From Candidatus Saccharimonadota bacterium (GTDB taxonomy: Bacteria; Patescibacteriota; Gracilibacteria; BD1-5; UBA2023): 32,000 nucleotides of DNA. This document shows, one piece after another, positions 1-9,603 of this stretch. The position numbers were made by a program, and so were the translations under genes. Location: NCBI GenBank assembly GCA_963706795.1, contig OY970170.1, positions 330,001 through 362,000 on the forward strand, written 5' to 3'. The notes below the pieces were generated by a model. That model ran no database searches, was not told where the DNA came from, and saw only the letters and a list, made by a program, of their open reading frames with translations. The stretch's first letter is position 1; every line of letters starts with the position of its first letter.

Positions 1-624
1 AGCATCTGGACAGACTGATCTGACAGCTTGAAGGTCCGAAGCAAGTGGCTGATCCCCCGTCCACTTCCCTGTAATGATGAGTCCATCGGATCATTGCTCT
101 ATAGCACGAATAGCTGATTGTTCGAGAGAATCAGGATTGAGAATCTCAGAATGTTTTACGTGAATATCAGTGAATATCTGAATATGTTCAGCCTGAAGTT
201 GCTTGCGATATGCGAGAACTTCTGCTGGGTTTTCTGTGATTTCGTAGCCGTAGTGCGTTCGAATATGATCGACAAAGACAGGGATTCTCACAAATTGAAA
301 GTCAGCAAACCGTGCAATTGAGAGTGCACTCTTCCAGTCATTCCAGAGACAACAGATGCCGAGCGGTAGTTTTGTGGCCTTACGAAGTTCGATACAAATT
401 GCAGTGAATTGCACGAGTACTTCTGTATCGAGAAGTCTTGTATGTGGAAGATCGTAATTATTTTCGATCATGATAGCATCAATACCGCCATCGACGAGAG
501 ACTTGAGGTCTGCGAGTGCTTTTGCGAGAATGGTCTCGTGTGGAAGTGAGTCCTTAAAGCCAATAAGCGGAGGCAAATGGATCATTCCTATGATTGGATG
601 TTTTGATGGGAAGATTGATGGCAT
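1..624 (-). CDS. BtpA/SgcQ-family TIM-barrel protein (C-terminus runs off the left edge)
   Basis: ORF 91..624 (MPSIFPSKHPIIGMIHLPPLIGF...) ends at TGA 91-93. Read as Gly, the frame continues ...IEQ-G-SDGLIITGKWTGDQPLASDLQAVRSV to base 1. The IGMIHL-PL and (D)GhIhTG..TG pattern matches my memory of the BtpA family. Confidence 0.6.
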
Positions 625-629
625 GGAAT

Positions 630-2120
630 TTAGGTAAGTGCTTCGATTCGAGATTTCATTTTGTCACAGAGTTGTTTAACGCGCATCTCGGATATAGCTC
701 TTCTGGCTTTTGTAAATGCAGCGCGCAAGTAGAGAGGATTGATAATATCGTTGATGACAAAGTCATCTTGATCCATACTCCCATCTACCGTGAGTATAGC
801 CAAGGCTGTATTACAACAAACCAGGTTTATGAGATCTTCATTAGCTGTATTTGAGATAATATCAGCATTAGCAGTATTAATAAGTGTTTCATCTGATGGC
901 AATAAGGCTGATTCTATATTGATAGATACTCCAAAATCCTTGTCAGAGAGAACGTATTTTCACTTGTATTTACCATTTTGAACCACTCATACCACCGACC
1001 CAAGCGGCGAAAATTCATCAAGGCAGATTTCGGTATGGATATCTTCTTTAGAAATATCAGGAAGTTCGTTGTATCCGCCAACCACGAGGACATTTCAAAC
1101 GTTATATACATTTTTTTCATGAAGTACTTGATATGCTTCACTGATTGTCTGAAAGCGAATATTGTGATTAATTCCGAGAAGTTTATTGAGCTTTGTATCT
1201 TTACTGATAGGGGGTGTGAGGGGTCAGAGAAGATGGTTAACAGTCTCAGTACGCAAAACCTCTCCAGAAATATCATGAATAGACTTTGAAAGCTTGGCAT
1301 CTGTGAAGACATAGCCATCTTGTTCTAATAAATTTTGCGGCTGACTTGATGAATCAAAGGATACATTAAAACCAAAATCCCGAACAGCATCAGTTGATCC
1401 CACTGCAGTAGTATTTTTACCACTTCCATGCTTCATAGTTGGATATCCAAGGGAGGCAACAACAAAGGAAGCAAGGGTAGAAATATTCGCAGATTTACGA
1501 TTGCGAGTCTTATAAGATTGTTTAATTTCACGATCAGGCAAAACAACAGACTCCATCAAGAAGTTATAGTATGCCGTCAGATCAGAATCTTCTAACTCTG
1601 ACGAAAATCCTGTCTTAATTTTGTCATGGAGTGCAGCATATATCTCTCAAAAGTTTGAAACTCCAAATCCTATATCACCTCACATACCGCAAGTCTCCAC
1701 AATCATTGGGGCATTCACTATATACGTAAAATCAAGTCGTGTGGCCGCTACCATTCAAGCGATTTCTTCAGGGGTAATGAGATCTCTTTCTTCTTGAAAG
1801 CGCATAGTAAGAAGAAAAATCACAGCCTCCATCTCGAGCTCGTGGTACGACTTATTAGGACAAATCTTGTTTCTGAGCGTTGGATTATTCACCGTAACAA
1901 TACTCAAAGCACCAGCAAATGCTTCTGCATATGTGAGTGGGGTACCAGATTCAGCTTTTTGGATGAGCTCCATAAAGACACATTCTCTAGCTTGAACAAT
2001 AAGTTCATTATAGTCAGTCAGTTGTTCTTCTGTTAGATGAAAGTCTCGGATGGATTCTCTTGTGTTAATGCGCTCTGAAGACATAACTGGAATATGAAGA
2101 TTTAAATGGTACGAAATCAA
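630..2120 (-). CDS. Glycosyl transferase family 3 protein (anthranilate phosphoribosyltransferase/TrpD-like), about 497 aa
   Basis: Track ORFs 1755..2120, 1224..1559 and 630..902 share one frame. They are joined by 7 in-frame TGA codons (1755, 1680, 1647, 1224, 1095, 987, 960) with no TAA/TAG until 630-632. Motifs: ETCGM-G(TGA)-GD (TrpD D-T-C-G-T-G-G-D), KHGSGKNTTAVGSTD, NHLL-G(TGA)-PLTPP (GPLTNP). The true start may be the ATG at 2082-2084 (MSSERIN). Confidence 0.7.
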
Positions 2121-2139
2121 TTATTGTTCCATCAATAGT

Positions 2140-2183
2140 GAAAAAAACGGAAAATTCGCAGAAAAATTAACGAAAAGTTATTT
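2140..2183 (-). promoter_or_regulatory. Conserved about 45-nt leader/promoter motif, copy A
   Basis: GAAAAAAACGGAAAATTCGCAGAAAAATTAACGAAAAGTTATTT matches 4368-4413 at roughly 40 of 45 positions. It lies about 56 nt upstream of the ATG at 2084 on the minus strand. Confidence 0.45.
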
Positions 2184-2882
2184 ATTTACTGCAGGAAAGG
2201 TTGCAACTAGGAGTGCATCGCCTTGTTCAGCATGAAAATTGGGATACACCTCTGAAGTCACAAAGCGATGTTTGGTGGGATTTCAGAGAAAATTTCAATA
2301 TGCAGCTTTAAAAATACCATCATCAAGGATGCTAAAATCAATCATTTTTAGACATTCTTTATTCTCTAAATTCTGAATTTCTTTGAGTGCATCTCTTCAG
2401 AGAAAAACCTTTCTTCAAAGAGACTCAATAGATTTTATAAGTCAGTGATTTTGAGTTCTAAAAAAGATGCATTCGTAGTCATCAAAGAGGCATGTGTATA
2501 ATTTTTTCATTATTCCTGAACGCTGATGATCCGGATGAAGCGCAGTTCAATACAAGTATCCATTCCGATCAAATATCTTCAATGATGCAAAACCAATCGG
2601 AATATCTCCGCTAAACACACATCCTATCTTATCACAATCAAGAATATGAGAAATCACATCCGATTCGTCCATGTCCATACCGAAACCATTAGCAGTTGCG
2701 TGAGCGAGATAGCATAATTCTTCTCTCGAAAGATCAGTTGGTTTTTGGATCAAGAATTTGTATGGCACTGTCTGTATGAGAGTACTAATATCCGTAGATA
2801 CCTCACTTATGATTGAACTTATCTCGTGAGTATGGGTATAAATCTCACTGTTTGTAGAATCCGCAATAGTATTGAGACGCAT
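2178..2882 (-). CDS. GNAT-family N-acetyltransferase-like protein
   Basis: ORF 2547..2882 continues through 7 in-frame TGA codons (2547, 2442, 2415, 2397, 2295, 2283, 2190) to TAA at 2178-2180. LHPDHQRSGIMKKL resembles the GNAT acetyl-CoA motif (Q/R-x-x-G-x-G/A). Confidence 0.5.
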
Positions 2883-2892
2883 ATTTTAAAGA

Positions 2893-3993
2893 TTAATATC
2901 TCGCAATTCCCATAGCACCCTTTACTTGAGCAAGAGTATTTTTGGCAACGTTTCTAGCTCTTTCGCTTCCGCTCTCGATACATGTTCTTAAAAATGCTTC
3001 TTCGCCATCAATCTGAGCACGTCGAGTGCGAATAGGATCGAGAAAACTATTCAATATATCAGTGAGAATACTTTTCAGTTCTGTATCACTGATTGCCCCA
3101 GCTCTATAGCGGGCTTTGAGTTGATCAATATATTCGATGTCCTTACAAAATGCGTCAAAGTGCATGAAGACAACATTCCCTTCTATTTTCCCTGGATCAG
3201 TAGCACGTATTCGACCTGGATCTGTATACATTTTTTTTACCTTTGCGCGCACTTCGTCTGAACTGTCAGACAGATAGATCGAATTATTAAGACTCTTACT
3301 CATTTTTGCCTTACCGTCTATCCCTGAAAGTCTGCCAACTGGAGCAATTACAGCCTTTGGAAGCTCGAAGGTTTTACCATAGCGATTATTAAAAATACGA
3401 GCAATTTCTCGCGTGAGTTCTATATGTGGAAGCTGATCATCTCATACTGGTACAAGTGTAGCCTTGGGCGTGAGAATATCAGCTGCCTGAGAAACCGGAT
3501 AATTAAAAAATCCTGCTGTGATACTTTCGCCGCGATCTTTTAGTTGTGTCATTTCAGTCTTGAGCGTGGGATTCTGATAGAGACGACTTATTGGTAGAAG
3601 ATTCATTAAAAACATCATAAGTTCCGTGGATTCTGGTACATAGCTCTGAAGAACAAAATCAGCTTTCACTGGATCAAGACCAACAGCAATCCAGTCTTTA
3701 AGAACTTCAAACACATCGGATTTTACTTTTACGACATCTTCTTTGTCAGCCATTACGTGGTAGTCTGCAATCAAAAACTGGCATGCAATATTCGGCATAT
3801 CCTGAATAGTAAGCCAATTATCGAGAGCTCCGACATAGTGACCAAGATGAAGTTTGCCACTTGGGCGCATACCAGTGAGACATGTTTCAATCTTATCACC
3901 AACCAAACCACGGAGAGACTCCATATCTTTAATGATGTGTGAATTCGTAGCGGCGATTACATTGATTTCATTCGAGACAATAGATGATTTCAT
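2893..3993 (-). CDS. trpS: Tryptophan--tRNA ligase
   Basis: ORFs 3442..3993 and 2893..3303 are in one frame. The TGA at 3442-3444 sits in VPV-G-DDQLPHIELTREIA, the conserved PVGxDQ Gly. HIGH-like GKLHLGH and KMSKS are both present. TAA stop at 2893-2895. Confidence 0.92.
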
Positions 3994-4002
3994 GGCAAAA
4001 AT

Positions 4003-4314
4003 TTATGAATATTTGAAGGAGGAATTATTTGGCATACCAGCAACGATATTTCGTAATTTCAGAGATACCTCTGGATTGGTGATGAAGTCAATTTTGGCCT
4101 CGGGTGTAATCACTAATCGAATCAAAACATCGTTCCGAACCTGAGTAATAAGGGATGCGAATATTCTGTCACTGAGATGACATGTGCGATACACAGCTCA
4201 GCTCTCACTTGTAAGTTCCGCCCAAGGCTTTTCGGGATCGTCAATGCCCCTTAGGGAAATATTTCAAACCCTCACTTCTAGTGCTGGTGAAATATAGTTT
4301 TCAGTGCTACTCAT
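4003..4314 (-). CDS. Hypothetical protein (about 103 aa)
   Basis: ORF 4003..4194 extends upstream through TGA at 4198 and 4264 to the ATG at 4312-4314 (MSSTENYISPALEVRVGNISLRG...). It lies 9 nt upstream of trpS. No family recognised. Confidence 0.4.
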
Positions 4315-4367
4315 AGGCAGTAGATAATGAATAAATGTGTCATTTGCAGTATCTTTCCCAACCAAAA

Positions 4368-4413
4368 GAAAAAAACGGAAGATTCACAGAAAAATTTACG
4401 AAAAAGTCATTTT
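4368..4413 (-). promoter_or_regulatory. Conserved about 45-nt leader/promoter motif, copy B
   Basis: GAAAAAAACGGAAGATTCACAGAAAAATTTACGAAAAAGTCATTTT. It sits between a terminator (4429-4462) and the ATG at 4314, about 54 nt upstream of that ATG, which is the same spacing as copy A. Confidence 0.45.
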
Positions 4414-4428
4414 GTCCTGTCTGGATAA

Positions 4429-4462
4429 GAAAAAACCCACCGCTTAAAGCGGTGGGTTTTTT
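4429..4462. terminator. Bidirectional rho-independent terminator
   Basis: A-run, CCCACCGC (4436-4443), loop, GCGGTGGG (4449-4456), then T-run 4457-4462. It lies directly downstream of the ABC ATPase stop at 4477. Confidence 0.8.
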
Positions 4463-4476
4463 GGATTTTCTTTGGA

Positions 4477-5142
4477 TTATTTTGAGATTTCGATGAGTTT
4501 TCCGTCTCGAAGCTCGTAGAGAACATCGGCTCTTTTTGCGACTTCGAGATCATGGGTAATCATGAGGATGGTGTTGCCAGTTTCTGCATGCAGTTCATCA
4601 ATGAGATCCATGATGCGATTAGCATTTTTTCGATCGAGATTACCGGTAGGCTCGTCAGCGAGGAGATACGGAACATTCGCGACAAAGGCTCGGGCAACCG
4701 CAACACGCTGTTGCTCTCAGCCGGAGAGTTCAGTCGGATATCGCTTCCCTTTGCCTGCGAGTCAGACGCGATCTAATATCTCTGCGGTTGTAAAGCGGCG
4801 AGAAACTCCATTGATATCCACAGGAAGGTCAATATTTTCTTCAACTGTAAGATTTGGGATCAGCTCGTATGCCTGAAATATAAAAGCTATATTTTTGCCT
4901 CGAAACTGTGTAATCGCGTCTTCAGAGAGATTAGTGAGATCGGTATTATCCAGAACCACACTTCCCTTTTGTGGTGATATAAGGCCTGAGAGTAGGGAGA
5001 GAAGAGTGGATTTTCCGGAGCCCGAAGGTCCCATAACACAGGCAAACGTACCGGTTGGAACGGCAAAATTGAGATCACGAAATATCTCAACAATTTCTTC
5101 TTCGCTCGAATATGACTTTGAGAGCTGCTTGAGTTCGATCAT
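4477..5142 (-). CDS. ABC transporter ATP-binding protein (LolD/MacB/YbbA-like)
   Basis: Walker A GPSGSGKST; signature ELSG-G(TGA 4717-4719)-EQQRV; Walker B LLADEPTGNLD; H-loop ITHD. ATG at 5140-5142, TAA at 4477-4479. Confidence 0.88.
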
Positions 5143-5143
5143 A

Positions 5144-5800
5144 TTATTTTTGGATGAGGTGATTGCTTTCGAGTGCATTAACCAAGTGATCTACGATGAT
5201 AGCATATCATTCTTTGGTCGGATGAATCCTGTCTGCCTGATTGAGTTTCGGATCAGCGGCTACGCCTTCAAGAAAGAATGGCATAAATGGCACATTGAAT
5301 TCTTTTGCGAGATCTACAAAAACGGACTCAAATTCTGTAGTATAGGTAATTCAGAGATTTGGTGGGGACTTCATTCCAGTGAAGAGAATCGGGATTTTTT
5401 TGGCAACAATTTTCTGTAACACGGCACGGGTATTTTTTTCGAGTTCTTGCGGTGAAATTCATTGGAAGGCGTCATTACCGCCAATTTCGAGAATAACGAG
5501 ATCGGGCGTTCCTCCTTGTAAAATCCAATCTGTTCGGGCGAGGAGTTCGGAGGAAGTATCGCCAGAGACTCCTGCATTTTGAATAGTATATTGGTAGCCT
5601 TTTTCTTTTAATTTTGCCTCGAGCTGAGATGGATAGTTGTCTTTTGGTGACAATCAGAGTCCAGCTGTCAACGAGTCTCAGAGCGCCAAAATAGTACGCG
5701 TTCCCTGTGATGATTGGATCGGAGTCTCTACCACTGGCGCCTTTTGAGTACAAGAAACAAGAGCTAACGAAACGAGCGCGAGAGACAAAAATTTATGCAT
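5144..5800 (-). CDS. SGNH/GDSL lipoprotein esterase (TesA / lysophospholipase L1-like)
   Basis: Signal peptide with lipobox MHKFLSLALVSLALVSC. Block I is ILAL-G(TGA 5678-5680)-DSLTAGL-G(TGA 5654)-L, block II NAGVSGDTS, block III EIGGNDA, block V DRIHPT. The stop TAA 5144-5146 is 1 nt from the ABC ATG. Confidence 0.82.
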
Positions 5801-6938
5801 GTTGACGGCGCAAAAGAGGAAGTGCAAGAAGGAGCGTAAATACAAAAAGTCCTGCACTTGCAAAGTAAGGAGTGGCTGGACTAAATCCATAGAGATATCC
5901 ACCAAGCGCGGGGCCGACGATGCTTCAAAGTCCTACCGAAGCAGTCGCGTAACCCATATATTTACCGACTTCGTGACCAGACTCGTGGGCAATGAGTGAC
6001 GATGATGACGGCTGGAAAGAGCCCATTCCAATTGGGAAAAATGGCACAATAATCCAGATGAGCATCGGATTAACATTCGCTGCTTGGACGAAGAATGAGA
6101 CAGCGAGCAAGGCGAGTGAAAGTACGATCATGATGGTCTCTTTGAGGTATTTTCGAATGTATTTTACAGCAAAACCCTGATACACAATCGCGGTGATACC
6201 TACGGCAATGAGAATATGTGAATACTCAACGGCGCTATACCCAAAAACGTCAAAGTAGAATTGTCCTGAGATTGCCTGCATTGGCGAAAATGCCGTCGTA
6301 GCAAAGAATGAAATCACGAGCAAAAGAACGATTTCTTTTGGAACTCCAAAGCTGTTTTTTGGCGTTTTGATGACTCATTCTGCTGGTACATGGCGCTTTG
6401 GCTCTGGTAAAAAGAATGTAACGAGCAAAAAATTGAGAAATACAAAAAATGCACCCGCATAACCAACGACATGATTACCAAAGGAGGCAAGTACTCAACC
6501 AATCGCTGGCCCAACAAGAAAGCCAAGTCCGAACATCGCACCAATGAGCCCAAGACGAGCGGTTCGATTTTCTTTAGAAGAAATATCCGAGATATATGCT
6601 TGAACGATTCCAATACCTGCCCCTCCGAGTCCGCCGACAAATCGACCTATGAGGAATATCCAAAAAAGTGGCGCGTAAACAATAAAAAGAAATCCGATAA
6701 AATTAAAAAAGGTCGTAGCCATAAGCATCGGACGACGACCAAAGCGGTCAGAAAGTCTTCCAAAAACAAGTCCACCGAGGAACATTCCAGCTGAATAGAT
6801 AGCCATTGTATATCCGACCCATTCAGGACTTACTCCGTAGTCATGAATAATAAAAGGAAGCACTGGAACGAGAACTCCAAGTCCGAGTACATCCAAAAAT
6901 GCCGTAATAAGCACCAACTGAAAAGAAAATTTTTGCAT
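5793..6938 (-). CDS. MFS transporter
   Basis: ORFs 6495..6941 and 5925..6323 share a frame, joined through TGA at 6495, 6375 and 5925. MFS motif A-like GRLSDRFGRRP and multiple hydrophobic helices. TAA at 5793-5795 overlaps the esterase ATG (5798-5800). Confidence 0.8.
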
Positions 6939-6967
6939 CAAAGAAAGATAAAAATAGACCAGAGATT

Positions 6968-7570
6968 CTATCCATTATCCTTAAATCTCCAAAGCAAACG
7001 ACAGGCAGTCGAGCGATACGGGCTCCATGCGAGAGCAATTTCATTTATTCTTTTTTCGAGTGCTTTTCAGGTTTCAGTGAGTCAGAAGAGGCGGACCATA
7101 GATTGTCTGACAACACCATCGCCATAAGCAAAAACATCGGGCCTTCCAAGCGTAAAAATGAGAAGCATATGAACTGTCCAAACACCCACTCAGGTAATTG
7201 CTGTCAGTGTCTTTATGATTTCCTCGTCTGAGAGTGTATGAAAATCCCGATGTAGGAGATCTTTTTCGAGAAATGCCTTCGCAACTTCTCGTAGATAGCG
7301 GGATTTTTGGCCAGATAATCATGCAGATCGAAGCACTGCCGGATCGAGCAAAAGAAGCTTCTCAGGATCCGGAATACGCTCGGGAAAGAGATCAAGAAAT
7401 CTACCATAAATCGTATCTGCTGCCTTAATCGAGAGCTGCTGCGAGACGATAGACTCGAGAAGTTGTTCGTAGATTCCTTCGGATGAAGGAACAATCGGGC
7501 GCAGATCTCACTGAGAAGTCAGTGGAGCTAGGATTGGGTCGGAGCTGAAGAATTGGAGCGCTTCTTTCAT
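6968..7570 (-). CDS. HhH-GPD DNA glycosylase (3-methyladenine DNA glycosylase II / AlkA-like)
   Basis: A third minus frame, absent from the ORF track because it carries 5 TGA codons. MKEALQFFSSDPILAPL...IVSQQLSIKAADTIYGRF...SA-G(TGA)-LSGQKSRYL...AIT-G(TGA 7190-7192)-VGVWTVHMLLIFTLGRPDVFAYGD. TAG at 6968-6970. Confidence 0.8.
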
Positions 7571-7905
7571 TTTTTAGGTGCATTAAGAGCTACGTCATAG
7601 GCCTTTGAGAGCCAGATTTTTATCGCATCGCGATCCTCAAGAATATCGATAGGGACTTCTCGAAAACCGAGTCGGACTTCTTGATTATTGCGCCGATAAG
7701 TAAACCATTTTGCGTCATAAAGATCAAAGTCGCCCATGTTTTCGGGACCAACTTTGAGGTACACAACTCCATCCTCGAGAATACCGACAGCAAGTCAGGA
7801 TTTTTTGATCATATTTCCACCCATCATCGCGCGAATTTCGAGATCAAAAATATCTCAAAAGAGGTCATGCAGGAGGTAATCACGGAATGCGGTATCTTTT
7901 TGCAT
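7528..7905 (-). CDS. TfoX N-terminal domain protein
   Basis: MQKDTAFRDYLLHDLF-G-DIFDLEIRAMMGGNMIKKS-G-LAVGILEDGVVYLKVGPENMGDF...FTYRRNNQEVRLGFREVPIDILEDRD. The pattern matches my memory of TfoX_N. The frame reads through TGA at 7567-7569 to TAG at 7528-7530. Confidence 0.55.
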
Positions 7906-7954
7906 AGACGAAAAATCAATAATTGATACTCTAAGAGAAATAACCCCAAATACA

Positions 7955-8455
7955 ATGAATACCTGTCGATATGTACAGACTTTATACCCTTCTCCGCTTG
8001 GTGTGCTCACACTTGTGGCTAGTCCGAAGGGGCTTCGTGGGATCATTTGGCCAGACCGCAATTTTGCACTTGCGGGACTCGATGAAAAAGACTGCTGCAC
8101 GGGTCAAAGTGCCCATTTTGAAGACGCAAAAAAGCTCCTTTCCGACTATTTTGCTGGCAAGGATGTTGATACAACCAAAATGAGTTTTGATTTTGAAGGC
8201 ACTGACCTGCAAATTGCCGTCTGGAAAGCACTTCTGACTATTCCTCGGGGCACAACCGTGACATACAAAGAACTCGCAAAACGCATAGGAAATCCGACGG
8301 CTATCCGAGCTGTAGCGAGCGCTGTAGGCAAAAATCCATTCTCGATATTATTTGCATGTCACCGAGTTATGGGCTCAGACGGAAAACTCCACGGATTTGG
8401 CGGTGGACTTCCAGCGAAAGAGTGGCTTTTGAAGCATGAGGGGGTGAAGTATTAG
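7955..8455 (+). CDS. ogt: Methylated-DNA--protein-cysteine methyltransferase
   Basis: Intact 166-aa ORF. TVTYKELAKRIGNPTAIRAVASAVGKNPFSILFACHRVMGSDGKLHGFGGGLPAKEWLLKHEG has the (P)CHRV active-site context. TAG stop. Confidence 0.9.
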   Translation: MNTCRYVQTLYPSPLGVLTLVASPKGLRGIIWPDRNFALAGLDEKDCCTGQSAHFEDAKKLLSDYFAGKDVDTTKMSFDFEGTDLQIAVWKALLTIPRGTTVTYKELAKRIGNPTAIRAVASAVGKNPFSILFACHRVMGSDGKLHGFGGGLPAKEWLLKHEGVKY

Positions 8456-8488
8456 GTACAATCAATAACTAGGCAGAATAAGGTGCAC

Positions 8489-8588
8489 GACTGGTAAAAT
8501 ATATGAATATTTTGAAGTCGACTCACTGTGCGTCTCTGAGGTGCCCTCTGCTTTTGTCGATAAGAAATATTCATATATTTTACCAGTC
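8489..8588. repeat. 100-bp element bounded by perfect 24-bp inverted repeats
   Basis: GACTGGTAAAATATATGAATATTT (8489-8512) is the exact reverse complement of 8565-8588, with a 52-nt spacer. It lies between the ogt stop and the terminator at 8614. Confidence 0.7.
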
Positions 8589-8613
8589 TCTGGAAGCTAC
8601 AATTTGTAGATAA

Positions 8614-8645
8614 GAAAAACCGCTCGATGGATTGAGCGGTTTTTG
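8614..8645 (+). terminator. Rho-independent terminator
   Basis: ACCGCTC (8619-8625), loop, GAGCGGT (8634-8640), then TTTT. It marks the last host-like sequence before composition changes. Confidence 0.7.
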
Positions 8646-8894
8646 TGAAGCGGGAGCCCCTTCCGAGGAGGGAAGGGGCTGTACTGCATACTACGCGTTA
8701 CCGTGTATCAGCATGAGCAGATTAAGGCTCAAGAAGCGAAGGGTCTTATCTCACTGGCGACTCCATGATAACTGCGTCATCACTTCAATGTCTCGGACCT
8801 ATCCTGCGCATCGCTTGTTTCCTAATACCTCAGTAACGGATGTTTTATATCTAGGAAAGATGCAAAGTCAATTTGTTCACACTACGAGCATTTT

Positions 8895-8921
8895 AAAATC
8901 CATCTCGAAAGATGGATTTTT
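8895..8921. terminator. Strong hairpin with flanking A/T runs (terminator-like)
   Basis: AAAATCCATCT (8895-8905), CGAA loop, AGATGGATTTT (8910-8920), followed by T. Confidence 0.5.
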
Positions 8922-8935
8922 GGTTGTGGAATGGC

Positions 8936-9036
8936 GGGACACCATGGTCCTCCAAGAAATACTCCTTATTTATGCCAGTGGGATTCTCGAATTGTGGGAC
9001 ATAGAGGTTCTCCAGGATTTTGGGACAAATGGGACA
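8936..9036 (+). repeat. Four GGGACA motifs (iteron or operator-like)
   Basis: GGGACA at 8936, 8996, 9022 and 9031. The first two sit in similar longer contexts (GGGACAccatGGTcCTCCAaGA versus GGGACAtagaGGTtCTCCAgGA) 60 bp apart. The last two are about one helical turn apart. Confidence 0.45.
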
Positions 9037-9131
9037 GTATAAAAAGGCTCATGAGATGCATAGAGCGTTTTTTATGTCGTAATGCCCAGTAGTTCGTATA
9101 ATATCAAAATTATCAAGCCATATCATATCAC

Positions 9132-9572
9132 ATGACAACAAAAAGAAAGTTGCGGGTTCCGGGCCTGCTATCACTGACCTGACTCGGCATATCCCTTTTA
9201 ATTCCCGGTTCGTACGAGGCAATGATGGCACAAATACCACAGGGGATGATATCTCAGAGCGTATCAACTGCTCAGGACATGCGCGAGTACTACAGGGAGA
9301 ATAGCTCGAACTTCAGATACGGCGAAAGGACCGCCGACATCCTCTCGATGGTCGTAGGTTCATATAATTTCGATAACTTTAATGCTTGCCGAAAGATCCT
9401 AGATTCAAACATCATTGCGCGAAAATTGGATGAGAAAATGCTAAATGGGTCTTGCATGGTCGGCATTGGTACGATGAACTGAGCTTTCACCAAAGAGGAC
9501 GAGAAGAGGTTCTTTTACGGATGCCTTATAGATGGACATCCGGCTGCAGAGTGTGCAGCGGTCAAAAAGTAG
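9132..9572 (+). CDS. Hypothetical N-terminally anchored/secreted protein (146 aa)
   Basis: ATG at 9132 (MTTKRKLRVPGLLSLT-G-LGISLLIPGSYEA...). It reads through TGA at 9180 and 9480 to TAG at 9570-9572 and contains track ORF 9222..9482. Confidence 0.5.
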
Positions 9573-9603
9573 GTCTTTCAGAAAAATCCATAAGCTAAAT
9601 ATC

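Noticed and set aside
2893-3993. Reading the many split ORFs (trpS, the ABC ATPase, MFS transporter, helicase, terminase, recombinase and others) as frameshifted or nonsense pseudogenes in a decaying genome.
   Set aside because: All fragments of each gene lie in the same frame and are interrupted only by TGA, never by TAA or TAG. The TGA codons fall on conserved Gly residues, so this is recoding rather than decay.
6314-6794. Track ORFs 6314..6640 (minus) and 6471..6794 (plus) inside the MFS locus.
   Set aside because: These are alternative-frame or antisense overlaps of the MFS transporter frame, which carries the family motif and hydrophobic periodicity.
8650-8921. Possible tmRNA, RNase P RNA, SRP RNA or group II intron in the structured stretch after the ogt terminator.
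   Set aside because: I could not find the diagnostic motifs: no GGAAAGTCC-type RNase P core, no tRNA-like T-arm/CCA end or tag ORF, no SRP GGAA tetraloop domain context, and no GTGYG plus domain V. It is left as an unclassified structured region.
8632-9042. Track ORF 8632..9042 (136 aa, no stop of any kind) as a real gene.
   Set aside because: It starts inside a terminator stem and runs through two strong hairpins and the GGGACA repeats. The N-terminal half is not protein-like. A short real peptide in its 3' half cannot be excluded, so it is not called.
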